From positions 1 to 64,000 of IMG/VR virus record IMGVR_UViG_3300043409_001462: a stretch of 64,000 nucleotides of DNA; one strand, written 5' to 3'. The translations under genes were made by a program, and so were the position numbers. Below are positions 46,029 to 57,900 of this stretch, piece by piece. The stretch's first letter is position 1, and the number at the start of each line of letters is the position of its first letter. The notes beneath the pieces were generated by a model that had not been told where the DNA came from, did not search any database, and saw only the letters and a list, made by a program, of their open reading frames with translations. Source of the DNA: a virus.

Positions 46029-48851
46029 ATGGCTGATAATAAAATTTTAATTAAGCGCACGAACATCCCAGGTCGTGTCCCTAACACCACCAATTCATCT
46101 AATTCGATGTACATCGCAGCAGGTGAATTTGCGCTTAACATGGCGGACAAACAGCTATACACGTCAAATGGCTCCTCATTAATTACTATTGGATCTTCTC
46201 CTACAACATTAACGCTTGCTGATTCTTTACGTATTGGTTTAATTGAAACTAATTTACTGCTTATTAATTCAACAGCTGTATTTACTGGTAACGTTACTTC
46301 TAATACATTAGTAGGTACAGGTTCTATTTCAGTTCAAAATACTACTAGTAATTCAACAATAAGTCCAACAACGATTTATGTTGGTAACAATATAGCTAAT
46401 ATTTCATTGGACGTAACTGGTGGTGTGAAAACTATTCCAATTAGCTTTGCTAATATCAATTCTTCTGGTGTTGCAACAATACAAACTACTATCAATCACG
46501 GTATTACTCTTGTTACTCAGGCTAAACTATACGTAAATACTTCACAAATTTCTTTGAATACTGCGAACTACAGTTCTGATTATAACCCAGCTGGTTTTAA
46601 TATAGTCGCTATACCATCAGCAAATAGCGTAAAGGTTAACATACCTACAGCTGAATTTAAATATAGATGGGGTGATAGAACAATCACCTACATCAATAGA
46701 AATTTACAGGGTGTAGTTACCATCCTCACAAAAGGCGCTCATGGTTATCAAAATGGTGATAAAGCATACACTACTAATGTTAAGTACGACCCAAATAAAG
46801 CACCATTTACATTTCTAGATAATGTATTATTACCTGTACCGAGTACGCTTACTGTAGTAGATGATTTTACTGTAAATTACACTCAATCTGATTATTCTAG
46901 TGTTTCTAGATCAATTCAAGGAGCTAAGTTTACTTTAGCTGCTGTTGAACCTGTAATAGTAGGTATTCCTGAAAGAGGGCAGTATTTTGATAAAAAAATA
47001 GTTATTATTAGAGTTACTAGTTCAGTAGTATCTAGTTTTAAAGTAGGCGATCCTATAACACTTTCTGGTCTTCCATATCAACCAAATAGGGGCGATCATG
47101 ATAGAGTTGCTTCAGAAAGAGGAACTTATTTTAATAACGTAACTCAAATTTCTCCTTCTTATTTGAATAAAACTTGGTTCATTAAAGATATTGTTATTAA
47201 TAATGATAATACTACCTCTATTTCTATTTTTATAGTAGAAGAAGATCGATTGAAAAAGTGGTATTTTACTGGTGGTTTAAACGAAATAACTATAGGCGCT
47301 GGCGCATACATCTTAGTAAATTACACAGATACAGGCGTATTGACCAATACTTCTCAGCTTTGTCCATATTTTGCTAATAGTTCTATTGGCGGTGAAATTT
47401 ATGCAACAAACCCAACAGGTATTACTATCAAAAACGGATCAAAATTAATCTATGTTCTTGATAGCGCTGTATACGTTGGCAACAATACTATTGGTAATAT
47501 TATTGACGTTTCTGGTTCAAGAGTTTTTAAACCTACAGATGTAGAATCTATTATACCACCAACTTATATTGTTCAAGCAAGCACTGCTTCTTTAAACGAA
47601 GGCGGTACTGTAATTTACAGTATCACTACTTCTAATTTTGGTACAGGAACATTATACTGGACGAACTCTGGAACTACAATCGGTGCCGACTTTACAGATG
47701 GAACTAACTCAGGTACGATAAGTATAGTTAATAATTTCGGTACGATTAGTAAAACGTTAGTAAATGATTTTACTGCCGAAGGATTAGAAACTATTATATT
47801 AGAACTTCGCACTAACTCTACTTCTGGACCTATAGTTGCAACATCAAGTACAGTATCAGTTATCGATACTTCTTCTCAAACATACGCTATTGCCGCAAGT
47901 TCTTCTTTCAGAGACGAAGGTCAAACTATTACATTTACTGTGACAACACAGGGCGTTCCAAACGGAACTACTTTGTATTATAAAAACGTTGGTACGACAA
48001 TTGCAGCTGACTTTGATGATGGATTAAATTTTGGTAGCTTTAATATAAACGACAATAGTGGCACTGTCGTTAAAACAGTACGTAACGACTTTACTTCTGA
48101 AAATCAAGAAAATATTCGAATAGAAATTCATACTGTTTCTGTTGATGGACCTACAGTTGTTACTTCAAGTACGGTGCAAGTATTTGATACTTCTATTCCA
48201 ACATACTCTATTGCTGCTGATGTTAACCCAGTCGCAGAAGGTAATAAGGTTACATTTACTGTAACAACTCAAGGCGTTCCTGATGGAACTACTCTGTTTT
48301 GGACGAACTCAGGAACCACTACTGCAGCTGACTTCTACGAAAATACAAATTCAGGAAACTTTACTGTTTCAAATAACAGAGGAACAGTATCTAGAATTCT
48401 ATATTATGATTTACTCACAGAAGGATCCCAAAGTATTATATTCCAAGTTCGAACAGGTTCGACTTCTGGAACTATTGTCGCCTTCTCAGTACCAGTAACA
48501 GTAACCGATACTTCGATCGCAACTAGCCCATACTATGGAATAACACCAACAACTTATAGTACAAGCGAAGGAAACTCAGTTTCTTTTGACGTTTACGCCG
48601 AACAAACTCCAAACGGAACCACTCTTTATTGGACGAATGAAGGAACATCTACTGCGGCTGATTTTACAGACGATTTAAATTTTGGAACTGTTACTATTAA
48701 TAGTAGCCATGGTACTGTGGTCAGAAATATCAGACAGGATAGTTTGACAGAAGGGTCAGAAACATTTATATTTGCGTTAAGAACTGGTTCTATTACTGGA
48801 CCTATTGTTATTATGACAACTCCAATTACTATAGCCGCTAACGCTACTTAA
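46029..48851 (+). CDS. tail fibre/adhesin with four Calx-beta/Ig-like repeats
   Basis: N-terminal ILIKRT...GEFALN; four ~105-aa repeats EG..V.F...GT(T)LY(W)...ADF...D..(T)EG.E. Confidence 0.75.
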   Translation: MADNKILIKRTNIPGRVPNTTNSSNSMYIAAGEFALNMADKQLYTSNGSSLITIGSSPTTLTLADSLRIGLIETNLLLINSTAVFTGNVTSNTLVGTGSISVQNTTSNSTISPTTIYVGNNIANISLDVTGGVKTIPISFANINSSGVATIQTTINHGITLVTQAKLYVNTSQISLNTANYSSDYNPAGFNIVAIPSANSVKVNIPTAEFKYRWGDRTITYINRNLQGVVTILTKGAHGYQNGDKAYTTNVKYDPNKAPFTFLDNVLLPVPSTLTVVDDFTVNYTQSDYSSVSRSIQGAKFTLAAVEPVIVGIPERGQYFDKKIVIIRVTSSVVSSFKVGDPITLSGLPYQPNRGDHDRVASERGTYFNNVTQISPSYLNKTWFIKDIVINNDNTTSISIFIVEEDRLKKWYFTGGLNEITIGAGAYILVNYTDTGVLTNTSQLCPYFANSSIGGEIYATNPTGITIKNGSKLIYVLDSAVYVGNNTIGNIIDVSGSRVFKPTDVESIIPPTYIVQASTASLNEGGTVIYSITTSNFGTGTLYWTNSGTTIGADFTDGTNSGTISIVNNFGTISKTLVNDFTAEGLETIILELRTNSTSGPIVATSSTVSVIDTSSQTYAIAASSSFRDEGQTITFTVTTQGVPNGTTLYYKNVGTTIAADFDDGLNFGSFNINDNSGTVVKTVRNDFTSENQENIRIEIHTVSVDGPTVVTSSTVQVFDTSIPTYSIAADVNPVAEGNKVTFTVTTQGVPDGTTLFWTNSGTTTAADFYENTNSGNFTVSNNRGTVSRILYYDLLTEGSQSIIFQVRTGSTSGTIVAFSVPVTVTDTSIATSPYYGITPTTYSTSEGNSVSFDVYAEQTPNGTTLYWTNEGTSTAADFTDDLNFGTVTINSSHGTVVRNIRQDSLTEGSETFIFALRTGSITGPIVIMTTPITIAANAT

Positions 48852-48860
48852 GGATGATAA

Positions 48861-50222
48861 ATGGCTAACAATTTTTCTTCTATACTATCTTCTGATCACT
48901 TAGCAATTGAAACGCTCAGTGAACTACTGGATGGTCAGGTAGATCAAACTGCTAATAGTTTATACGCTAATGCTAGTATAATCAGCATTGGTAATTCTTC
49001 TGTATACACTTATATTACACCTTATGATTTTACTACTTCGAAAGTTACAATAGGCACCGCTTCTGCAAACGTAGTTATAGATCCATTAAGTATTAATTTA
49101 AGTTATGCTGGACGTAATACTTCTATTACTCCATTCAATTCTACTTTTGCTGGTTTATTAACAGCTGAAAGTGGTATTTTTGTAACAGGACAAACATATC
49201 TTGGTCAAGAATTATATGCTAATGGTATTGCTGGAAATAGCGGCGATGTACTTGTAGCTTCTGGCGCTGGTCAATACTGGTCAAATTCAGTAAACAATGC
49301 AATAAATCTTGCTGGCGTTCCTTCTACTTCTTATGTTAATTCTACTGGTACCTATACTATCAGCGGCGTTCATACACATATTGCAAACCTAGTATTTGGT
49401 AACTCTACCGTTAATTCTACTATGTTTGCTAACTCTACCAATGTATTCTTTACTGGAATTTCATATACAGCAAACAACTCTATAAATCTTGGTGGTGAAC
49501 CAAAATCTTATTACGCTGCGAATAGCTTATTAGATAACTATCTAACGCTTTCTGGAACAGCAGCTAACGTTGCTGAATTAACTGCTAACAATTCAAACTA
49601 CCTTGGTGGTATTGCAGCAAACGAATATATGTTGCTGACTACTCTTCCAGGTTTACAAACTAAAGCTGCTTTGGCAGATGACGTTCATAAATTAACAGCT
49701 AATAGTTCTGATTATCTTGGTTCTTATGCTGCAGATCAATACGCATTCGCTAACGTTATACCTACACTTCAAACTAAATCTGCATTACCATATGATGTTT
49801 CTCAATTATTAGCAAATAGCGCTAACTATCTTGGTGGTTTATATCATACTTTATACCCTACTAAATTTAATAATTCTATCATTACTGGTGTTTATACATA
49901 TAATGCAAATGTTCAGTTAAGAGCAGCTTTATGGGCTAACGGTAGTCCTGGAGCTCTTGGACAAGTACTGGCTGCAGATGCAAGCGGTAACGTGTTCTGG
50001 CAAACTACTAATGGTCAATCTATTTCTGTAAATAACTTTGTTGTTACTGGTAGAGTTGTAGCAAATTCTTTCGTTGGTGAAAAAGGATTAGTGTTAACGT
50101 CAAATGGTAATGGTGTTTATTGGTCTGATGTTAGCACTACAGGCGCAGGTACTTTCGATGGGGGTACACCTTTGTCTTCTTATATAAATAGTCCAAAACT
50201 AGACGCTGGCGGAGTGTATTAA
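48861..50222 (+). CDS. tail fibre protein
   Basis: ANxxxYLGG repeats, GQVL...VFW motifs, C-terminal FDGG...LDAGGVY. Confidence 0.72.
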   Translation: MANNFSSILSSDHLAIETLSELLDGQVDQTANSLYANASIISIGNSSVYTYITPYDFTTSKVTIGTASANVVIDPLSINLSYAGRNTSITPFNSTFAGLLTAESGIFVTGQTYLGQELYANGIAGNSGDVLVASGAGQYWSNSVNNAINLAGVPSTSYVNSTGTYTISGVHTHIANLVFGNSTVNSTMFANSTNVFFTGISYTANNSINLGGEPKSYYAANSLLDNYLTLSGTAANVAELTANNSNYLGGIAANEYMLLTTLPGLQTKAALADDVHKLTANSSDYLGSYAADQYAFANVIPTLQTKSALPYDVSQLLANSANYLGGLYHTLYPTKFNNSIITGVYTYNANVQLRAALWANGSPGALGQVLAADASGNVFWQTTNGQSISVNNFVVTGRVVANSFVGEKGLVLTSNGNGVYWSDVSTTGAGTFDGGTPLSSYINSPKLDAGGVY

Positions 50223-53200
50223 TGGCAATTCAAATTCAATTTCGCAGAGGAACAGCCGCCCAGTGGGCTTCTGCGAACACTACACTTACGCAAGGTGAAC
50301 TTGGACTAGAAATAGACACAAGCTATTTTAAAATTGGTGATGGAAATACTGCTTGGACTAATTTAGGTTATGCTATATCACAGCTAGCAAATAATGCTAC
50401 ACATGCAAATAACTCTGCATATCTTGGTGGACTTATTGCTACTGGTTATCAAACCACTGCAGGACTAGCAGCTAACGTTGTTACTTTAGAAGCTAACTCT
50501 GCAACTTATCTTGGCGGTAACACAGCTGCTACGTTAAGAACATATACTGATGATAGAGCAGCTAATGCATACTCTAATTCTGTTTCGTATGTAGAAACAC
50601 AAATTAGTGGGAAAATTGCAAATTCTATTACAGCTAACTCTGCTACTGCTTACACTAACGCTGTAAACATAGCTGCAGCTGATGCATCAGCAAAAGTTGG
50701 TGGTGTTATATCTTATGTTGGTGTTGTAATTGGTACAGCTAATACTGCTATGGTTGCAAACGCTGAAGCTGCTTATACTAACTCTACAATATTCGCTTCG
50801 AACGCTACTAATATTAATACTGGTACGTTATCTGAAACTCGTTTACCATACCGTATGAACCAAAATGTTCGTACAACAGATAACGTTACATTCAATGATA
50901 TGGCGATTACTGGTAACTTGACTGTTACTGGAAATACTACAATCGTTGGCGCAAATAATCTAGTAGTTAAAGATTCTGTTATCAGTCTTCATACACAAGC
51001 TAACCTAGCTGCATGGACTTCGAATGATGGCAAGCTAGTTGGTGTTGCTTATCATTACTACGATACACAAGATCGTCAAGCTCTACTTGCGATGAATCCA
51101 TCGAATACATTTCTTACATATTACAAAACATCAACTGACGCTGCTATAGCTGATCCTACTGGTACTGATCTTGGTACTATTCAAGCTGATACTTTCTATG
51201 CTGGTAACTCTACTGTTTACTCAACAGTTAATGCTACTGTATACAGCGGAACAGCGAATAACGCATCATACTTAAATGGTAATTCAGCTGCAACGTTAAT
51301 ATCTCTTAGTAGCACATCGTATACGAATGCTGTTTCATATACAGATACCAAGATCGGTCTAGTTAACACAGCTATCACAGCTAACTCTTCTGCTGCTTAC
51401 TCTAATGCTGTACTTTATGTCGACAACAAATTATACGTCAACTCTGCTCAGTTGTCAAGCAATTTATCAAGCTATCAGACGACAGCAGGATTGAGCGCAA
51501 ATGTTGCTACTCTTACATCTAACAGTGCATCGTTTATAGGAACATTACCAGCTGTCAATGTTGTTTCTAATTCACAGTTATCTTCGAATCTAGCTAACTA
51601 CGTAACAACAACTAACCTTACAAACAACCTAGCTAACTATCAAACTACTGCTGGGTTAAGTTCAAATGTTGCTACTCTTACATCTAACAGTGCATCATTT
51701 GTTGGTGCTGTATCGGCTGCAAATGTCGTATCAAACGCCCAGCTTGTAGCAAACCTAGCTAACTACGCGACTACTACTGCAGCTACTGCATATGCAGCAA
51801 CAGCCTACTCGAATGCTGTATCTTATGTTGATGCTAAACCATACGTAAATACATCTCAGCTTTCATCTAACCTAGCTAACTACCAAACTACTGCTGGTTT
51901 GTCAGCAAATGTTGCAACACTAACTTCTAACAGTACATCGTTTGTTGGCGCTGTATCAGCTGCTAACGTTGTATCGAACACTCAGTTATCATCTAATCTA
52001 GCTAACTACCAAACTACTGCTGGTTTGGCAGCTAATGTCGCTACTCTTACAGCTAATAATAGTAGTTTTATTGGCGCAATATCTGCTGTTAACGTTGTAT
52101 CTAATTCTCAATTAAGTTCTAATCTTTCTGGGTATGCTTCATTAAGTGGTGCTACTTTTACTGGCGCTGTTCAAATTTCAAATAATTTAACAGTGTCTGG
52201 AAATATAACTTTTTCTGGTAATAGTGTTTCTGTTGGCGCAAATAGTTTAGTTATTCAAGACGCTGTTATCAGCCTTCATACTAATTCTAGTTTGGGTGCG
52301 TTATCTTCAAATGATGGTAAATTGATTGGTATAGAATATCATTACTATGATACTTCTGATAAACATGCATTACTAGCAATCAATCAATCAAACGCTTTTC
52401 TTTCATATTATAAAACTGCAACAGACGCAGCTATCGGAGATCCTACTGGTATATTACTTGGTACTATTCAGGCGGATACATTTTACGCTGGTAACTCTAC
52501 TGTATACACCACAACAAACTCTACAATTTATACTGGTACATCTAACAATACTTTATACGTAGGAACAGTATCAGCAGCCAACGTTGTATCTAATGCACAG
52601 CTAGCAGCTAACCTAGCAAACTTTGCTTCTTCTGGTTCTCTTTCAGGATACCAAACAACAGCGGGATTAGCAGCTAACGTAGCAACCTTAACATCTAACA
52701 GCACTAATTTTGTTGGTACTGTATCTGCCGCTAACGTTGTATCAAATAGTCAACTTAGCTCTAATCTTGCGAATTATCAAACTACTGCTGGCTTGTCAGC
52801 AAACGTAGCTACGCTTGCATCTAATAATGCATTGTATCTTGGAGGCGTAGCAGCTGCTTCATATGTTAATACTACTGGCTCTTATAGTATTACTGGCGTT
52901 CATACATATAACGCTAATATAGTTATTAGCACATTAGCTGGTATTTCTACTAATGGAACATTTGGTACATCTGGGCAGGTATTGACAACAAACGGTTCTG
53001 TTGTTTACTGGGCACCTACAGGCGCTGGTAGCTTTACTAATGGTCAATCTATTTCTGTTAATAATTTTGTAATTTCTGGAGTTATCACAGCTAATTCTTC
53101 TAATGGTACTGCAGGTCAGGTATTAACATCAAACAGTACTGGTGTTTATTGGGATGCGCCAGCTGTATCTATAACTGCTGCTAATGCTACTTCACAATCA

Positions 53201-53473
53201 TTTACTGGTGACAATACAACAGCAATATTTACGCTAACCAATTCAGTAGCAAATCAAAGGAACGTAATTGTTTCTATTAATGGTTTGCTGCAGGTTCCAG
53301 TAACTCATTATACTATTTCAGGAACAACATTAACATTCACTGATGCTCCTTATACTGGAGCTGTTATTGAAGCAAGAAGTATAGAAGGTGTTGCGCTTGT
53401 TAGTGGAGGTTCTGGTGGAACAATTTCTAGTGGTGATCTATTCATAGGTTCAATGCTCTTAGGCGGAATGTAA
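50222..53473 (+). CDS. tail fibre protein with Mtd_N-like N-terminal domain and internal repeats
   Basis: IQFRRGTAAQW...QGELGLEIDT..FKIGDG..W; repeated QLSSNLANYQTTAGLSANVATL; duplicated ~100-aa YHYYDT domain. Confidence 0.8.
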   Translation: MAIQIQFRRGTAAQWASANTTLTQGELGLEIDTSYFKIGDGNTAWTNLGYAISQLANNATHANNSAYLGGLIATGYQTTAGLAANVVTLEANSATYLGGNTAATLRTYTDDRAANAYSNSVSYVETQISGKIANSITANSATAYTNAVNIAAADASAKVGGVISYVGVVIGTANTAMVANAEAAYTNSTIFASNATNINTGTLSETRLPYRMNQNVRTTDNVTFNDMAITGNLTVTGNTTIVGANNLVVKDSVISLHTQANLAAWTSNDGKLVGVAYHYYDTQDRQALLAMNPSNTFLTYYKTSTDAAIADPTGTDLGTIQADTFYAGNSTVYSTVNATVYSGTANNASYLNGNSAATLISLSSTSYTNAVSYTDTKIGLVNTAITANSSAAYSNAVLYVDNKLYVNSAQLSSNLSSYQTTAGLSANVATLTSNSASFIGTLPAVNVVSNSQLSSNLANYVTTTNLTNNLANYQTTAGLSSNVATLTSNSASFVGAVSAANVVSNAQLVANLANYATTTAATAYAATAYSNAVSYVDAKPYVNTSQLSSNLANYQTTAGLSANVATLTSNSTSFVGAVSAANVVSNTQLSSNLANYQTTAGLAANVATLTANNSSFIGAISAVNVVSNSQLSSNLSGYASLSGATFTGAVQISNNLTVSGNITFSGNSVSVGANSLVIQDAVISLHTNSSLGALSSNDGKLIGIEYHYYDTSDKHALLAINQSNAFLSYYKTATDAAIGDPTGILLGTIQADTFYAGNSTVYTTTNSTIYTGTSNNTLYVGTVSAANVVSNAQLAANLANFASSGSLSGYQTTAGLAANVATLTSNSTNFVGTVSAANVVSNSQLSSNLANYQTTAGLSANVATLASNNALYLGGVAAASYVNTTGSYSITGVHTYNANIVISTLAGISTNGTFGTSGQVLTTNGSVVYWAPTGAGSFTNGQSISVNNFVISGVITANSSNGTAGQVLTSNSTGVYWDAPAVSITAANATSQSFTGDNTTAIFTLTNSVANQRNVIVSINGLLQVPVTHYTISGTTLTFTDAPYTGAVIEARSIEGVALVSGGSGGTISSGDLFIGSMLLGGM

Positions 53474-53482
53474 GAGGAAACA

Positions 53483-53809
53483 ATGGCAACAACATATAAA
53501 GTATTAGGTAATGTTAATCCAGCTTCAACAACAGCGACAACATTATATACAGTACCAGCAGCAACAAGTACAATTGTATCAACAATAAACGTTTGTAATC
53601 AAGGAGCAACTGGTTCTTTCAGAATAGCTATTAGACCAGCTGGAGCTACATTAGCAGCAAGTCATTACATTGCATATGATACACCAATCCCAGCTACTGA
53701 CTCAGTAGCATTAACAATGGGTATAACTCTAGCAACAACAGATGTTATAACTGTTTATGCTAGTTCAGCAACTATGTCATTTTTAGCATTTGGATCTGAG
53801 ATTACGTAA
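53483..53809 (+). CDS. small virion protein
   Basis: TTLYTVPA...INVCN...FGSEIT pattern typical of fibre-associated proteins. Confidence 0.7.
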   Translation: MATTYKVLGNVNPASTTATTLYTVPAATSTIVSTINVCNQGATGSFRIAIRPAGATLAASHYIAYDTPIPATDSVALTMGITLATTDVITVYASSATMSFLAFGSEIT

Positions 53810-54891
53810 TGTCGATTAGAGTACTTTCACAAAGAAAACTCAGTAGTAATAGAATAAACACTACTAATGTTATTGCGCCTTACGCTGCAGAATACATAGT
53901 TGTAGCTGGTGGTGGAGGTGGTGGTGGAGCTGCTACGCCTGCTTGGTCTATAGGTAGTGGAGGCGGAGGCGCTGGTGGTTATCTTGCAAGCTCAGTTTTA
54001 CTAGTATCTGGAACAACATATAATTTTGTAATTGGTGGAGGAGGAGCTGGTCAAACTTATGTTCGTGGATCAAATGGGAGCAATACTACTGGATTTGGTG
54101 TAACTTCAATTGGTGGCGGTGGTGGTGGTACACAACAAATTTTTGCTGGTGCTGCAGGAGGCTCTGGTGGCGGTGGTGCAGCGGATCAAAATAATGTCGT
54201 TGGTTCTGGTGGCGCAGGAACAGCTGGTCAAGGCAGTAACGGTTCTGCAGGAGCTACTAACGCAGTTTACCAACAAGCCGCTGCATCTGGTGGTGGTGGT
54301 GGTGGAGCTGGTGCAGCCGCAACTAATCAAAATGGTGGCAATGGATTAGCCACTACTATAAGCGGTACAACAGCTTCTTTCACAGGATCAATATCAGGAA
54401 CATCATTGACTGTAAGTGCTGTTTCATACGGAACTATAAGAAGCGGCGCAGTTATAACAGGATCAAGTATACAATCTAATACAATTATAATGGGTCTTGT
54501 TGAAAATGGTGGCGTTGGAACTTACACTGTAAATGTTTCACAATTTACCTCATCAAATACTATCACAATATCACAACTTTATTATGCAGGTGGTGGCGGT
54601 GGTGGCAGTCGTGGTGGATATCCAGTTGGTACGGGTGGAGTAGGTGGAGCAGGAGACGGTAGATCTGGCGCAGCTGGTTACAGCGCTTTAGCCTACACAG
54701 GCGGTGGTGGAGGCGGATGTGGTGGAACGAATAATATAGCAGGTGGAAATGGAGGTTCTGGTGTAGTAATATTAGCAGTTCCAACAAGTTCATACACTGG
54801 AATAACTGGAGGTTCTCCAACAGCAAATAATACTGTCAGAGCTGGTTACACAATTTTAACATATACTGCATCTGGATCGTATACCGCATAA
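53809..54891 (+). CDS. glycine-rich fibre/adhesin protein
   Basis: YIVVAGGGGGG...GGSGVVI...YTASGSYTA glycine-rich domain. Confidence 0.75.
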   Translation: MSIRVLSQRKLSSNRINTTNVIAPYAAEYIVVAGGGGGGGAATPAWSIGSGGGGAGGYLASSVLLVSGTTYNFVIGGGGAGQTYVRGSNGSNTTGFGVTSIGGGGGGTQQIFAGAAGGSGGGGAADQNNVVGSGGAGTAGQGSNGSAGATNAVYQQAAASGGGGGGAGAAATNQNGGNGLATTISGTTASFTGSISGTSLTVSAVSYGTIRSGAVITGSSIQSNTIIMGLVENGGVGTYTVNVSQFTSSNTITISQLYYAGGGGGGSRGGYPVGTGGVGGAGDGRSGAAGYSALAYTGGGGGGCGGTNNIAGGNGGSGVVILAVPTSSYTGITGGSPTANNTVRAGYTILTYTASGSYTA

Positions 54892-54924
54892 CAATAAATA
54901 AACAGTAACTAATTGGAATTTTAA

Positions 54925-57900
54925 ATGGCTGTTCAAAAGATACTTTCGCAACAAATAGCTAACACTGGTGGTACAGCAGGGCAGGTTCTTGTTGCCAACT
55001 CTACTGGTGTTACTTGGGGTGATGCTAATAACGCAACAAACCTCGGTGGTGTTGCGGCTGCTTCTTACGTTAACACAGCTGGCGCGTATACCAGAACAGG
55101 TGTTACTACATTTAATGCAAATGCAGTTATTGGGCCAACTGGCGAGTTAGTATTCGACGCTAATTCTGGTATCTATGCCAATGGATCACTTGGTACGGCT
55201 GGCCAGGTATTAACTTCTAATGCAACAACTATATATTGGGCTAACTCTTCTGGCGGTGGCGGTGGGTTTACCAATGGTCAGTCAATTTCAGTTAATAACT
55301 TTGTGGTGTCTGGTTCATTTACTGCTAACGGGTCAGTTGGTGCGTCTGGTCAAACATTATTATCAACTGGTACTGGTGTACAGTGGGGTACAAATTCGCC
55401 TGCGTATAATTATAGCACACAGCTTAACGGCGCTGCTCATTTTTTCACTTTTCCTTCTAATGCAGCATTTGGTTTCGGTACAGGTGATTTTACAATTGAA
55501 TGTTGGATATATCCAATAATACTGAGTGCTGGAAGTCAACCTCTTATAGATTTTCGAAATGCTAACTCAGGTGCTTATCCAACCCTATTCATAAACGGTT
55601 CAACTGTTAGTTATTACGTAAACAGCGCCACTAGAATATCTGCAGGAAGTACAATATCAAATAACAATTGGTATCACTTAGCACTTGTAAGAATAAGCGG
55701 TTCGACTAAATTATACATCAATGGTGTACAATCGGGAAGTACTTACGCTGATACTACGAATTACCTTACATCTCCCATAACCATTGGTAATTTTAATGAT
55801 GGTGTAGGTGGCTCATATACAAATGGATTAATTACAAATGCTCGTGTTGTAAAAGGAACTGGCGTTTATACAGGAGCATTTACAGTTCCAACAAGTCCAT
55901 TATCAGCAATATCTGGAACATCGCTTTTAACTTGTAATTCTATTACTCCGAGTGATTCATCATCATATAATTTTGCACCAATTAATAATGGTCTTGCTGT
56001 TGGTACAGCTACTCAATCACCATTCACCTCCACCACAGTATCAATACCAACCAGTTCACTTACTGCAGTAAACCAACAATTCACTGGCGACGGATCAACA
56101 ACTACATTCTCTGTTGCTGGTGGTTATACTCCAAATGCTATTGCTGTTTATTATAATGGTTTGAAACTTCGTAATGGTTCAGACGTTACTGTTACTAATG
56201 GTTCAACTGTTGTGTTTGCTATTGCGCCTCAAATTGGTGCAATGCTTGACGTGGTGGCATCTGTTCCAACAACTTATAGTTCGATTACTCCTGTTGGATA
56301 CAGCGTATTGTTTAACGGAACAAATCAGTATTTTACTATACCAAACAATACTGCATTTACTATGGGAACTAGTGATTTTACAATTGAATATTGGGCTTAT
56401 ATTACATCAGGTAGTAGAGATTCTAGTGTATATGCTAAAGGAGCTACTAGTGCAATATATAGATTAACTACTGGGTTTAACACATCTAATCAAGTTACGG
56501 CTGGTATACCAAATGCTGCTGGTAATGGATGGACACAACTACTTGTCGGTTCTGCTGTTTCAGTTAATAAATGGGTTCATGTAGCTTTAGTAAGGTCAGC
56601 TGGAACAGCAACTCTTTATTTAAATGGCATTGCTGTAGCTTCTGGTGCTGCTAGTAACTCTTTATATGATGATGGAACTGCTCTTGCTATAGGTACTACT
56701 GGTTCTGTAACTCCTGCTTCCTATTTTGCTGGCTATATTTCAAATTTACGTGTCGTTAAAGGCGTTGCAGTTTATACAGGATCATTCTTACCAACTGGCC
56801 CATTAGCTGCTGTTCAATTAGCAACATCAACTCAATCGGCAATCACTGGCACACAAACATCACTACTTACTTGTAACGGACCAACGATTATTGATGGTTC
56901 AACTAATGCGTTCACAATAACTAATAATGGAACTGCAACTGTATCAACTGCTATTGTTCCCACATTTACTAATGTGACGGTTACTAATACTAGTAACACA
57001 GCTGGAGGTTTTTCTTGGCAGTCTGTTCAATCAACTAATTTTACTGCTGTTGCTGGTTATGCTTATCCAGTCAATACTACAGCTGGTTCAATTACAGTAA
57101 CATTACCCGCAAGTCCATCCCCAGGTAACATTGTACAAATAACAGACTATGCTGGCACATTTGGAACATATCCAGTTACCGCTGTTAGAAATGGATCGCT
57201 TATAACTGGATTAACTATAAATGCCACTTTAGGATCATCTCGTGGAAGTTATTCTTTTGTTTATATAGATTCTACTCAAGGCTGGATAACTTATTCTGTT
57301 TCTGTAACAAATATATTTCAACCGTATGCGGCAACATATTTAATGGTCGCGGGCGGAGGTGGAGGTTCTGGTGGCTCAACAGGCGCATGGGAAGGCGGTG
57401 GTGGTGGTGCTGGTGGATTATTAACTGGAAGTACAAACCTATCGCCTGGAACAACTTACAGTTTTGTTGTTGGTGGTGGTGGACCAGGAGGTGCTGGCGG
57501 TTCGAGTGCTGGTACTTCTGGTTCAAACTCTACTGGATTTACATTATCAGCAATTGGTGGTGGAAATGGAAGAGGATCAGTAGGTGCTGGTGGAGCTGGC
57601 GGTTCTGGTGGCGGAACTTGGAATGGTGCGGGTGGCGCTGGAACAGTTGGTCAAGGTAATGCTGGAGCTTCAGGAAATGCAACTAATGCTGCTGGTGGTG
57701 GTGGTGGCGCTGGTGCTGTTGGTGGTCTATCAAATGGTGGTGTTGGTGCAGCATCATCAATTACTGGTTCAGCAGTAACATATGCTGGCGGTGGCGGTGG
57801 TAGTCAAGGCGGCGTTGGAGGAGCTGGTGGTGGTGGCAACGCCTTCAACCCTGGCACAGCTAATCTTGGTGGTGGTGGAGGAGGAGGTAGCTCTAGTATG

